Origin: Methanobacteriota archaeon
Lineage (GTDB): Archaea; Methanobacteriota; Methanobacteria; Methanobacteriales; Methanobacteriaceae
Assembly (NCBI GenBank): GCA_963787255.1
Contig: CAWBCJ010000029.1
Location: 736,001 to 800,000 of the forward strand
Length of the DNA stretch: 64,000 nt
Direction of reading: 5' to 3'
Part shown: positions 53,628 to 63,264 of the stretch, piece after piece
How the letters are laid out: the number at the start of each line of letters is the position of its first letter
How positions within the stretch are numbered: position 1 is the first letter of the stretch
The notes under the pieces: model-generated
What the model was told of the DNA's origin: nothing
Seen by the model: the letters and a program-made list of their open reading frames with translations, nothing else
The model's database searches: none
Made by a program: the position numbers and the translations under genes

Positions 53628-54296
53628 ATGATTAATCTGGAATATGTGATCCTCGTTGTGATCATAGGGCTTTTAACATACGTTAGAAAGGCCATTGATC
53701 TTTTTGGATCCATTTTCATGATTATCATGGGAATAATAATTATTTTTTCAGCTGGAATTAACTGGCTACTTTTAATATTTGTTTTTCTGCTTCTTGGTTT
53801 AGTATCCACAAAATACCGCCATGACTACAAGAAGAAAATTGGTGTTTATGAGGGAACAAGAAGCGTAAAGAATGTAATTTCAAATGGTATAGTTCCTTTT
53901 ATAATGGCTGCATTTGGCAATTATGCTGGTTTTATTGGTTCTATTGCAGTAGCAACTGCAGATACACTTGCAAGTGAGATAGGAGTTGTGGATAAATATC
54001 CTCGCCTTATAACTAATTTTAAAAAAGTCCCGCCTGGAACAGATGGGGGAGTTTCTCCAATTGGAACTGCTGCAGGAATAATTGGTGCAGGAATAATAGG
54101 AGTTTGTGCTTATTTTTTAGGAATATCTACCGATCCTTTTAACGCGTTGAAAATAGCTATAATAGCAGGTACATTGGGATGCTTCATAGACAGCATTTTG
54201 GGAGCAGTTCTTGAGTCAAGAAATTACATTACAAATGAACATGTTAATCTTTTTGCTACAATTGCAGGAGCAGTTTTAGGAATTTTAATAGTTTAG
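53628..54296 (+). CDS. DUF92 family integral membrane protein
   Basis: R...NV.SNG, A.ATADTLASEIG, V.PGTDGGVS..GT, DS.LGA, N..VN. Confidence 0.9.
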   Translation: MINLEYVILVVIIGLLTYVRKAIDLFGSIFMIIMGIIIIFSAGINWLLLIFVFLLLGLVSTKYRHDYKKKIGVYEGTRSVKNVISNGIVPFIMAAFGNYAGFIGSIAVATADTLASEIGVVDKYPRLITNFKKVPPGTDGGVSPIGTAAGIIGAGIIGVCAYFLGISTDPFNALKIAIIAGTLGCFIDSILGAVLESRNYITNEHVNLFATIAGAVLGILIV

Positions 54297-54415
54297 AGAA
54301 GATAATGCATTAATATGTTAAATCAAATAATATTAATTGGTAATGTTTTATTCAGTGGGAATAATTATAGTTTAGAAATATAATTCATTAATATGGTTTG
54401 TAAACAGGTGATAAT

Positions 54416-55651
54416 GTGAAGGGAATCATAATGATAATAGATGGGATGGCAGATCGTCCATTAAAGGAGCTCGGATATAAAACTCCACTTGAAGCTGCTA
54501 AAACACTAAATATGGATAAATTAGCGGAAATTGGAATAAATGGAATCATGGATCCAATAAGTCCGGGAATAAGAGCAGGAAGCGACACATCTCACATTTC
54601 AATACTTGGATACAACCCATATGATGTATATACTGGTAGAGGCCCATTTGAAGCAGCAGGAATAGGTGTAGATGTTATAGCAGGAGATATAGCATTCAGA
54701 TGCAACTTTTCAACTGCAGATGATAATGGAATCATAGTTGATCGAAGAGCAGGTAGAATTAGATATGGTACAGATAAACTTGCCGAATCAATAAACTCCC
54801 TGAAATTAGAGGGCTTTGAAGATGTAGAAGTTATATTTAAAGAATCCACAGGCCACAGGGCAGTTTTAGTCCTTAGGGGAATGAGATTATCTGATAAAGT
54901 ATCTGATTCTGATCCAAAACATGAAGGAAAACCTCCAAAAGAAGTAATTCCTTTGGATGAATCAAAAGAAGCAGCAAGAACTGCAGAAATACTGAATAAA
55001 TTCGTGGAAAAATCCTATGAAATACTTAAAAATCATCCTGTAAACCTCAAGCGGATTGAAAAAGGTGAAAATCCGGCTAATATAATACTTCCAAGGGGAG
55101 TTGGAGCAGTTCCAAATGTACCTCCATTTAATGAAAAATATGGACTTAAAGCAGCATGTATAGCAGAAACAGGCCTTATTAAAGGAATTGGAAAAATAGC
55201 GGGTATGGATCTTATTGATGTTGAGGGAGCAACTGGTGGAATTGATACAGACCTTGAAAGCATTACAAAAAGCATTGTAGATACATCAAAAGGTAAAGAT
55301 TATGATTTTATTCTTATTAATATAGATGGAGCAGATGAAGCAGGGCATGATGGCAAAATGGAAGAAAAAATAAACTTCATAGAAAAAGTTGATGCAGTAA
55401 TTGGCGAGGTAATGAAAATAGATGATATATACTTCATTTTAACAGCCGATCACTCAACTCCAGTTGCTATTATGGATCATACTGGCGATCCAGTTCCTAT
55501 TGTTATAAAAGGGCCTGAAGTAAGGGTAGATATGGTAAATAAGTTTAATGAAAGAGCTGCAACATCTGGGGGTCTCTGCAGAATAAGGGGATCTGACGTA
55601 ATGAATATTTTAATGGATCTAATGAATAGATCTGAAAAATTTGGTGCATAA
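54416..55651 (+). CDS. apgM: 2,3-bisphosphoglycerate-independent phosphoglycerate mutase (archaeal)
   Basis: DG.ADRP, TPLEAA, GSD.SH, TGRGPFEA, DEAGHDG, TADHSTP, HTGDPVP. Confidence 0.94.
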   Translation: MKGIIMIIDGMADRPLKELGYKTPLEAAKTLNMDKLAEIGINGIMDPISPGIRAGSDTSHISILGYNPYDVYTGRGPFEAAGIGVDVIAGDIAFRCNFSTADDNGIIVDRRAGRIRYGTDKLAESINSLKLEGFEDVEVIFKESTGHRAVLVLRGMRLSDKVSDSDPKHEGKPPKEVIPLDESKEAARTAEILNKFVEKSYEILKNHPVNLKRIEKGENPANIILPRGVGAVPNVPPFNEKYGLKAACIAETGLIKGIGKIAGMDLIDVEGATGGIDTDLESITKSIVDTSKGKDYDFILINIDGADEAGHDGKMEEKINFIEKVDAVIGEVMKIDDIYFILTADHSTPVAIMDHTGDPVPIVIKGPEVRVDMVNKFNERAATSGGLCRIRGSDVMNILMDLMNRSEKFGA

Positions 55652-55679
55652 ACTATAAATTAAGAATTTGGTGCGTAAA

Positions 55680-57035
55680 ATGGACAATATGATTCCAAAA
55701 CTCTTTGGTACATCAGGTATCCGGGGAAAAATAGGTAGTGAAATTACATTAGACTTAATAACTAAAGTTGGTATGGCTGCGGCAACATATGTTGGTGGTA
55801 ACGGACGTAAAATCGTAGTTGGATATGATACAAGAACTTCAAATAAAATGGTAGAAAATGCAATTACAGCAGGTATTTTACAATGTGGATGTGATGTAAT
55901 TCGCCTTGGAATGGTTCCAACACCTGTTGTTGGCTACGCGGCAATGAAACTTAAAGCTGATTTAGGAATCATGATAACTGCGTCCCATAATCCATCCCAA
56001 TACAATGGAATTAAATTATGGAATCCAACAGGAATGGCATATACTCAGGATCAGGAAAGAACCATAGAGAAAATAGTTCACGAAAAAAGCTTTTCTAAAG
56101 TATCATGGGAAAATATAGGAAAAATAGAAGATAATAACTGTGTTGTTTCTGATTATATTGATGCCTTATTGGATAATGTTGATATTAACGGGAATTTAAA
56201 AGTTATTGTTGATTGTGGAAACGGGGCAGGCTCGTATATCTCTCCAAAAGTTCTAAGAAAGGCGGGTCTAGATGTTATAACGTTAAACTGCCAGCCGGAC
56301 GGATTTTTCCCGGGCAGGATGCCTGAACCATCAGAAGCTAACCTATCAGAACTCATGAAAGTAGTAAAGGCAACAAAAGCGAATATTGGAATTGCACACG
56401 ATGGTGATGCAGACCGCATGATAGCAATCGACGAAAACGGAAACATGGCAGATTTTGACAAACTTTTAGCGCTTGTATCGAGTAAAATTGGTGGAAAAGT
56501 AGTAACAACAGTAGATGCATCATTCTGTGTGGATAAATGTATGGAAGATGTGGGAGGAGAGGTTGTAAGGACTAAAGTAGGTGATGTGCACGTTGCAGAG
56601 GTAATAGTAGAAAGTAACGCTTCATTTGGTGGAGAGCCTTCTGGAACATGGTTACATCCTGATTTCTGTATGTGTCCTGATGGTATACTCTCTGCACTTA
56701 AAGTAATTGAAATTGTAGAAAAATATGGGCATCTTTCTAAACTTTTAGATGAAATACCGAGTTATCCCACCATAAGAGATAAAATAGAATGTGAAAATAT
56801 CCAGAAAACATTGATAATGGAAAAGGTTAAAGAAGAACTTCCTGATTATTTTGATGATGTAAATGACATTAATTTTATAGATGGAGTCAGAATTTCTATG
56901 AATGATGGTAGTTGGGTTTTAATAAGGCCTTCAGGTACAGAATCATATGTTCGAATTACTTTAGAAGGTAAAACAATGGAAAAAGCCAGGGAAATTAGGA
57001 ATAAATCCAGAGAATTCATTGAGGGGATCTTATGA
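55680..57035 (+). CDS. glmM: Phosphoglucosamine mutase / phosphohexomutase
   Basis: FGTSGIRG, ITASHNP, DGDADR, GGEPSG, RPSGTE. Confidence 0.9.
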   Translation: MDNMIPKLFGTSGIRGKIGSEITLDLITKVGMAAATYVGGNGRKIVVGYDTRTSNKMVENAITAGILQCGCDVIRLGMVPTPVVGYAAMKLKADLGIMITASHNPSQYNGIKLWNPTGMAYTQDQERTIEKIVHEKSFSKVSWENIGKIEDNNCVVSDYIDALLDNVDINGNLKVIVDCGNGAGSYISPKVLRKAGLDVITLNCQPDGFFPGRMPEPSEANLSELMKVVKATKANIGIAHDGDADRMIAIDENGNMADFDKLLALVSSKIGGKVVTTVDASFCVDKCMEDVGGEVVRTKVGDVHVAEVIVESNASFGGEPSGTWLHPDFCMCPDGILSALKVIEIVEKYGHLSKLLDEIPSYPTIRDKIECENIQKTLIMEKVKEELPDYFDDVNDINFIDGVRISMNDGSWVLIRPSGTESYVRITLEGKTMEKAREIRNKSREFIEGIL

Positions 57036-58306
57036 AGGGAATAATTCTTACTGCCGGTGAAGGCACCAGAATGCGCCCCTTAACATTAACCCGTCCAAAA
57101 ACTATGCTTCAAGTAGGTGGAAAGCCCATAATTCAGTATAATCTGGAATCTTTAAGAGATGCGGGAATTAAAGACATAGTAATGGTGGTAGGATATAAAA
57201 AAGAAGCAATTGAGGAATATTTTGGTAATGGAACTTCTTTTGGGGTTAATATAACTTACATTGTTCAAGAAAAGAGGCTTGGAACAGCTCATGCAATAAA
57301 ATCAGTTCATGATTCTGTGAACAACGAATTTATAGTTTTAAATGGGGATATTATAGTTGATCCGCGGCTTATTGTAGATTTGATTGCTAAATATGAATCG
57401 GAAGGTGCATCATCACTTTTAATGCTCACTGAAGTTGAAGATCCCTCTTTATTTGGCGTTGTAGAAATGGAAGGTAACATAATAAAGAACATTATTGAAA
57501 AACCATCCCTCGAAGAAGCTCCAAGTAATCTCATAAATGCAGGAATTTATGTATTTGATAAGACCATCTTTGAGGCTATCCGTAAGACAGAAAAGTCTGA
57601 AAGAGGAGAATATGAAATAACAGATTCTCTTAAAATCCAGATGAGCGAAAATAAGAAGGTTATAGGCTTAAAATCTAAAGATAAATGGATAGATATAGGG
57701 CGGCCTTGGGAGCTTCTGGATGTAAATGAGCACTTTATAAGTGGAATGAAGGAGAAAATCCAGGGGGAAATTGAAGAAGGCGTTACCATTCACGGCCCGG
57801 TAATCCTTGGAAAAAACAGCATCATTCGCTCTGGAACATACATTTTTGGCCCGGTATTTATTGGAGAAGGATGTGATATAGGTCCTAATTCTTATTTAAG
57901 GAAATGTACTTACTTGGGAAATAATGTTAATGTTGGCAATGCTGTCGAGATTAAAAATTCAATTATAATGGACGGAAGTAATGTTAATCACCTCTCTTAC
58001 GTGGGGGATTCAGTTATAGGTGCTAATTGTAATATTGCTGCAGGTACAAACATCGCAAACCTGCGTTTTGATAATAAAAACGTTAAGATGAACATTAAAG
58101 GAGAAAAATGTGATTGTGGCATAAGAAAGCTTGGCGCTATTTTTGGAGATAACGTGAAAACTGGTATAAATTCAAGTTTTAATCCTGGAGTAAAAGTCGG
58201 TATGAATGCAGCAATAGGTTCTGGAACTGTAATTTATGAGGATATACCTTCAAACACACTTATTCTGGTAAAACAAGAATATAAAATCGTAAAATATAAT
58301 GAATAA
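57032..58306 (+). CDS. glmU: Bifunctional sugar-1-phosphate nucleotidylyltransferase/acetyltransferase
   Basis: L.AGEGTRMRPLT..RPK, GTAHA, IEKP, RGEYEITD, hexapeptide repeats, HLSYVGDS. Confidence 0.9.
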   Translation: MKGIILTAGEGTRMRPLTLTRPKTMLQVGGKPIIQYNLESLRDAGIKDIVMVVGYKKEAIEEYFGNGTSFGVNITYIVQEKRLGTAHAIKSVHDSVNNEFIVLNGDIIVDPRLIVDLIAKYESEGASSLLMLTEVEDPSLFGVVEMEGNIIKNIIEKPSLEEAPSNLINAGIYVFDKTIFEAIRKTEKSERGEYEITDSLKIQMSENKKVIGLKSKDKWIDIGRPWELLDVNEHFISGMKEKIQGEIEEGVTIHGPVILGKNSIIRSGTYIFGPVFIGEGCDIGPNSYLRKCTYLGNNVNVGNAVEIKNSIIMDGSNVNHLSYVGDSVIGANCNIAAGTNIANLRFDNKNVKMNIKGEKCDCGIRKLGAIFGDNVKTGINSSFNPGVKVGMNAAIGSGTVIYEDIPSNTLILVKQEYKIVKYNE

Positions 58307-58345
58307 TTTCATTATATTTCTTATTATTAAACAATTATTTTTTAC

Positions 58346-58831
58346 ATGGAGTTTAAGATGAGCACTATACATCAAAGCGTTAAAGTATTTGAAGGTGCAC
58401 AGATAATAGAAAACGTTGAAATAGATGAGGACAGTTCAATATGGTATAATGCGGTTATTAGGGGTGATATGAGCCCAATAAAAATTGGAAAATGCTCTAA
58501 TGTTCAGGATAACTGTGTCATCCACTCTTCTTATACATTTCCAGTTATATTGGGAAACTACGTTTCAATAGGACACGCAGCAGTATTGCATGGATGTAAA
58601 ATTGGTGATAATACAATAATTGGAATTAATTCCACAGTTTTAAATGGTGCAAAAATTGGTAAAAACTCAATTGTAGGTGCTGGAGCAGTAGTTACAGAGG
58701 GAAAAGAGTTTGAAGAAGGAATTTTAATATTAGGAGTACCTGCAAAAGCCATAAGAAAACTTACAAATGAAGAAATAGATAATATTAAAGAGAACGCACT
58801 TAGATACAAGAAAGTGGCACAAGGAAAGTGA
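58346..58831 (+). CDS. Gamma carbonic anhydrase family protein
   Basis: IW.NAVIRGD, NVQDNCVIH, IGH.AVLHGC, GVPAK. Confidence 0.92.
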   Translation: MEFKMSTIHQSVKVFEGAQIIENVEIDEDSSIWYNAVIRGDMSPIKIGKCSNVQDNCVIHSSYTFPVILGNYVSIGHAAVLHGCKIGDNTIIGINSTVLNGAKIGKNSIVGAGAVVTEGKEFEEGILILGVPAKAIRKLTNEEIDNIKENALRYKKVAQGK

Positions 58832-58835
58832 TATC

Positions 58836-59936
58836 ATGGTAAAAGTGAAGAAAACCGTAAAAGAACTTAATCCTTACATTCCCGGAAGATCGATTGACGA
58901 AATAGCAGCTAAATATAATATTAGCAAGAATGATATAATAAAACTTGGATCAAATGAAAATCCACTGGGAGTGTCAAAAAAAGCAGTGGAAGCGGTAAAT
59001 CAAACAGTTATTTCAATACATCAATATCCTGAATCAAATTTGGAAGATTTAAAAGATAAAATAGCTCAATATGCAGGTGTTCAAGCTTCTAATATAATTG
59101 TTGGTGGCGATGGAGCAGATGAAATTCTAGATGTTCTTGGTAAAACTCTAATGGAACCTGGAGATGAGTTTATTGTGCCTCTCCCATCATATATGTACTA
59201 CGAATTCACCTTGAAAATACAAGGGGGAGTTCCAGTCTATGCAAAATGGGACGTAGAAGAAAATAAGCTTGATGTAGATTCAGTTTTAGATGCTATATCT
59301 CGAAAAACAAAAATAATCTTTTTATGCACCCCAAATAACCCTACTGGCGGTTTGATAGATAAAGAAGATATTAAAAAAGTGCTTGAAACTAAAGACGTTC
59401 TTGTAGTTGTTGATGAGGCATATTTCGAGTTTTCAGAAGTGGATAACATTGATTTACTGGAAGATTATGATAATTTATTAATATTAAGAACCTTTTCAAA
59501 GGTTTTTGGACTTGCAGGGATGAGAATTGGTTATGCAATCTCAAATCCCAAGTTTATAGAATACATGCACCGCGTAAAGCCAGTTTTCAGCTTAACAAAA
59601 CTTTCATACGTAGCTGCACTGGCAACACTGGATGATGAAGAATATATAAAGGAATCCATCCAAATAGGGATCCGAAGCAGAGAATATCTCTATGAAAATA
59701 TGTCAAAATTTGATAAAATCCATGTTTACCCTTCCAAAGCAAATTATTTGCTTGCAGATATTAGAAAAACTGGAATGAACTCTAAAGAATTCACAGAAGA
59801 GCTTTTAAAAAGAGGGATTATTGTGAGGGACTGCAACTCCTTTAAAGGACTAGATGAATACTGGATAAGGGTAAGTGTGGGAACTTTAGAAGAAGATACC
59901 CGCTTTATTGAAATTTTGCATGATTTAATTGGATAA
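58836..59936 (+). CDS. hisC: Histidinol-phosphate aminotransferase
   Basis: KLGSNENP, G.DE, PNNPTG, DEAY.EF, RTFSK.FGLAG.RIGY. Confidence 0.92.
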   Translation: MVKVKKTVKELNPYIPGRSIDEIAAKYNISKNDIIKLGSNENPLGVSKKAVEAVNQTVISIHQYPESNLEDLKDKIAQYAGVQASNIIVGGDGADEILDVLGKTLMEPGDEFIVPLPSYMYYEFTLKIQGGVPVYAKWDVEENKLDVDSVLDAISRKTKIIFLCTPNNPTGGLIDKEDIKKVLETKDVLVVVDEAYFEFSEVDNIDLLEDYDNLLILRTFSKVFGLAGMRIGYAISNPKFIEYMHRVKPVFSLTKLSYVAALATLDDEEYIKESIQIGIRSREYLYENMSKFDKIHVYPSKANYLLADIRKTGMNSKEFTEELLKRGIIVRDCNSFKGLDEYWIRVSVGTLEEDTRFIEILHDLIG

Positions 59937-59972
59937 ATTCTAATTTAATGGGTAATATCGAGTCGATAATAA

Positions 59973-60671
59973 ATGATAATAGGTGAAGTAATTATATCCT
60001 CTCTGGAATATCCAGAAAAAATCTCTCTTGTTATTTTTACAGGAGGATGTACTCTAAAATGTCCTTACTGTCATAATCCGGAAATAATAAGTGGCGGAAA
60101 ATCAGTAGGAATTGCAGAAATTATAAATGAAATTGAAAACTCAATGGATTTTATAGATAGTGTTGTAATAACTGGTGGGGAGCCTCTTATGCAGTACAAA
60201 GATGTTGAAAAAATATTTAAGTATTGCAAAAAGAAAGGATTGAAGACCAAACTTGATACAAACGGATGCTTTCCGGAAAGACTGGAAAAAATCCTAAAAT
60301 TACTGGATTATGTAGCATTGGATATTAAAGCACCATTTCAAAAGTACGAAGAAATCATTGGCTCAGCTATTGGGGATGAGGTAAAAAAAAGCATGGAAGC
60401 ATGCATAAAAGAGAAAGTTTACCTTGAATGTAGAACAACCTATGTGCCATACTTAATGGAAATTGAAGATATAATAGAAATTGCAAAAAATATAAATGCA
60501 GATATGTATACACTGCAGCAATTCCGTGATAAGAGCGTACTTGACAAAAGGCTTTATGGCACTCCAGTTCCTTCAAGGATGAAGTTACAAAAAATTGCCA
60601 CCATAATAAAACCATTCCAGAAAAAAGTAAAGATAAAAACAGCAGAATTCGGGGAAGAACCAATAAACTAA
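59973..60671 (+). CDS. Radical SAM glycyl-radical activating enzyme (anaerobic RNR activase-like)
   Basis: EYP...S.VIF.GGC.L.CPYCHNP, TGGEP, KLDTNG, DIKAP, E.RTT, LQQF. Confidence 0.85.
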   Translation: MIIGEVIISSLEYPEKISLVIFTGGCTLKCPYCHNPEIISGGKSVGIAEIINEIENSMDFIDSVVITGGEPLMQYKDVEKIFKYCKKKGLKTKLDTNGCFPERLEKILKLLDYVALDIKAPFQKYEEIIGSAIGDEVKKSMEACIKEKVYLECRTTYVPYLMEIEDIIEIAKNINADMYTLQQFRDKSVLDKRLYGTPVPSRMKLQKIATIIKPFQKKVKIKTAEFGEEPIN

Positions 60672-60708
60672 ACAGCAAAAAAAGACTTTTTGATATATGG
60701 AGGTTAAA

Positions 60709-61842
60709 ATGCCCATATTATTATTTGGAAGCAGTCATCTTGAACTTATAACTGGTAAAAAAACCATTACGATTCGAAAATTGTGGAAAAAACCATTAGC
60801 TCCGGGTGATCGTCTACACTGTTACTGGAATCTTGTGTCCAAGGAACGTAAAAAGCTGTTTGAGGCAGAAGTAACAGGAGTGGAAATTGCTGAATTTAAA
60901 GATATCATCAAAAACGACAGGCTTGCAAGGGAAGAAGGTTACACAAACGCCAGTGAATTGGAAAACGAATTTCGAAAGATGTATCCTGACGATACTGATG
61001 ATAATTCTTTATTCCAAATAATAAGATTTAATAAATACCCTGTTGAAGAATGGGAAGGCGAAAAAATCGATGAAAAGGCGATGATAACTAAAAGAGCGGA
61101 TATATTATTCGATGCCGGTAAATATGGTGATTCTGTAATGTGCTACGCTGCAGCACTGAAATTTGACCCTAAAGATGTTTATCTGCTAAATAGGAGAGGA
61201 GATAACCTAACTAGGCTGGGTAAATTTGACGAAGCTATTCAAAATTATGATAATGCTTTAAAAATCAACCCTGAAAATGAGTTTATTTGGAATAACAAGG
61301 CAATAGCACTTTTAAACTCTAATAAACCAGAAAATGCTTTGAAATGCAACACAAAAGCTCTTAAATTGAATAAAAATAATGTAGTTGTTTTGTATTGGAG
61401 AGGATTTATTTTAGAGATGCTAGAGAGGCTTGAAGATTCATTAAAGTGTTATGACAGAATTCTAGAGTTAGATCCTGAAAATCCAGAGGTATGGAATGCC
61501 AGGGGTAATGTTTTTAGCCAGCTTGAAATGACAGAAGAGGCACTTGCATCTTATGATAAAGCTCTTGAACTATGTCTTGATGAATCACCTGACGCTTCAA
61601 CCTGGAATCGTAAAGGAAACGCTCTTATGGAGCTTGGAAGGTTTAAAGAAGCTATAAAGTGTTATGGTGAGGCATTAAAACTGGATCCGAAGAATGATAT
61701 ATTTTTAAGTAACAGAGGAGTTGCTTTAATGGAGTTAGGAGAATTTGAAAAGGCAGTTGAATGTTTTAATAGGGCATTACTTGAAAATCCTGAAAATGAG
61801 GATGCCCGGGTATTAAAAGATGAATGTCTGGAAAATTATTAA
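60709..61842 (+). CDS. ASCH-domain plus TPR-repeat fusion protein
   Basis: N-terminal GKKTITIR...GD...AREEG ASCH signature, then seven TPR repeats of about 34 aa; GGAGG RBS before ATG 60709. Confidence 0.85.
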   Translation: MPILLFGSSHLELITGKKTITIRKLWKKPLAPGDRLHCYWNLVSKERKKLFEAEVTGVEIAEFKDIIKNDRLAREEGYTNASELENEFRKMYPDDTDDNSLFQIIRFNKYPVEEWEGEKIDEKAMITKRADILFDAGKYGDSVMCYAAALKFDPKDVYLLNRRGDNLTRLGKFDEAIQNYDNALKINPENEFIWNNKAIALLNSNKPENALKCNTKALKLNKNNVVVLYWRGFILEMLERLEDSLKCYDRILELDPENPEVWNARGNVFSQLEMTEEALASYDKALELCLDESPDASTWNRKGNALMELGRFKEAIKCYGEALKLDPKNDIFLSNRGVALMELGEFEKAVECFNRALLENPENEDARVLKDECLENY

Positions 61843-61864
61843 TTCTTTATAAACTATAAAATAA

Positions 61865-62314
61865 CTAAAGGACAGTTAACACGGGGCATGGAGCTTTTCT
61901 TACCACTTTTACGGCAGTACTTCCCATTAGAAATTGATTTATGCCTTTTTTACCTGATTTTCCCATTACCACAAGATCTATTCCTTCTTCATCAATTATT
62001 TTTAATATTTCGGTTGCAGGATTGCCTTCTCTTATTTTAGGAGAAATTATAATGTCATTTTTACATTTTCCGTCAATTTTCATTTCAGTTAATATTTCTG
62101 GTACTCTATCTACGGATTCTTTGGCACTGTCTGCTAAAATATCCTCCATTCTATTTATAAATGTAGATTGGGCTGTTAATTCTAAATAATAATTTTCTAT
62201 AACATTTAAAGCAATAATATCTGCATTCATCTGACATGCAATCCATATGGCATGTCTTGCAGCATTATTTGAATGTATTGAGCCATCTGTGGGTACTAAT
62301 ATTTTATTATACAT
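61865..62314 (-). CDS. Universal stress protein (UspA family)
   Basis: YNKILVPTDGS, GNPA.EI, VMG.SG, GS.A.KVVR.APCPVL. Confidence 0.93.
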   Translation of the reverse strand: MYNKILVPTDGSIHSNNAARHAIWIACQMNADIIALNVIENYYLELTAQSTFINRMEDILADSAKESVDRVPEILTEMKIDGKCKNDIIISPKIREGNPATEILKIIDEEGIDLVVMGKSGKKGINQFLMGSTAVKVVRKAPCPVLTVL

Positions 62315-62699
62315 GTTTTCATCCTATTTTTATAAAATATCTAAATTGACATTTTTAGTCCGGTTTGCATAGCCTCTAGAGGTTAAATATATAAATTGAA
62401 TTTGGAGAATTTCTTGTTTCTGGATTAGGGAAGAATTTTTTATGGTTGATCACCAATTTATCTATCCTGGGGCCCGGGAGGAATAAACTCAACTATGGTA
62501 ATATCAAACCGGTATAATGTCTATGGAATTTTATCCTATAAATATTTTCACATTAAGCTTAATGTAGTACACTTTTTATGTACTATGGGACGTATTTAAA
62601 AGGATATATTATTCCATGCGGAAAATGTGCTAATTACTAATTATCAGTTCATTTTAAATTAATCGGCAAAGAGTTTGATAAGATGATGGGATTAATTTT

Positions 62700-62903
62700 T
62701 CATTTGATTAAATAGTTTATAATTTTGTTTATGGAAATGGCTATGGATGCACATAAAAGGGAAAAACCTATTAAAAAACCGGTAAACAGGATAAAAATAG
62801 TTATAATTTCCATTAATGGTAAATTATTTTGAAAACCTTTTATAAATATAAATGCTCCAGTTACTAGGATAACACTAGGTACTATTATAAAGTCACTTCT
62901 CAT
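62700..62903 (-). CDS. Small two-TM hypothetical membrane protein
   Basis: 67-aa ORF with two hydrophobic segments. Confidence 0.5.
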   Translation of the reverse strand: MRSDFIIVPSVILVTGAFIFIKGFQNNLPLMEIITIFILFTGFLIGFSLLCASIAISINKIINYLIK

Positions 62904-63140
62904 ACTATTAATATTATATTTTAAAATAGTAATATTATTTTTGTTTTGGTCCCTTAGGTAATATAAAGTAAAATGTGGACTCCCTAATTTAGATTCTACC
63001 CAAATTCTACATCATGTGCGATTTTCTTATTTTTTGAGATATTGATATTTAATGGATATTCTCCTTGCCAAGTAATCAAAAAGCAAAAATTGATTCTCAT
63101 TAAACTATTTAATATTTGAAGTCAAATTAGGATCATAGGA

Positions 63141-63170
63141 AAAAGGTTTATAATATAACAATTGTTATAT
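63141..63170 (+). promoter_or_regulatory. pdxS promoter: BRE/TATA overlapped by a perfect 18-bp palindrome
   Basis: AAAAGG-TTTATAAT, then ATATAACAATTGTTATAT (63153-63170), which is its own reverse complement. Confidence 0.55.
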
Positions 63171-63264
63171 AACCAAGATATGAATGTTGAAAAATTAGCA
63201 TATTGCTTTTTGACTTTAGAACATTTCATAATAAATGAATTTAGAAAGAATTTGGAGGAATTTT

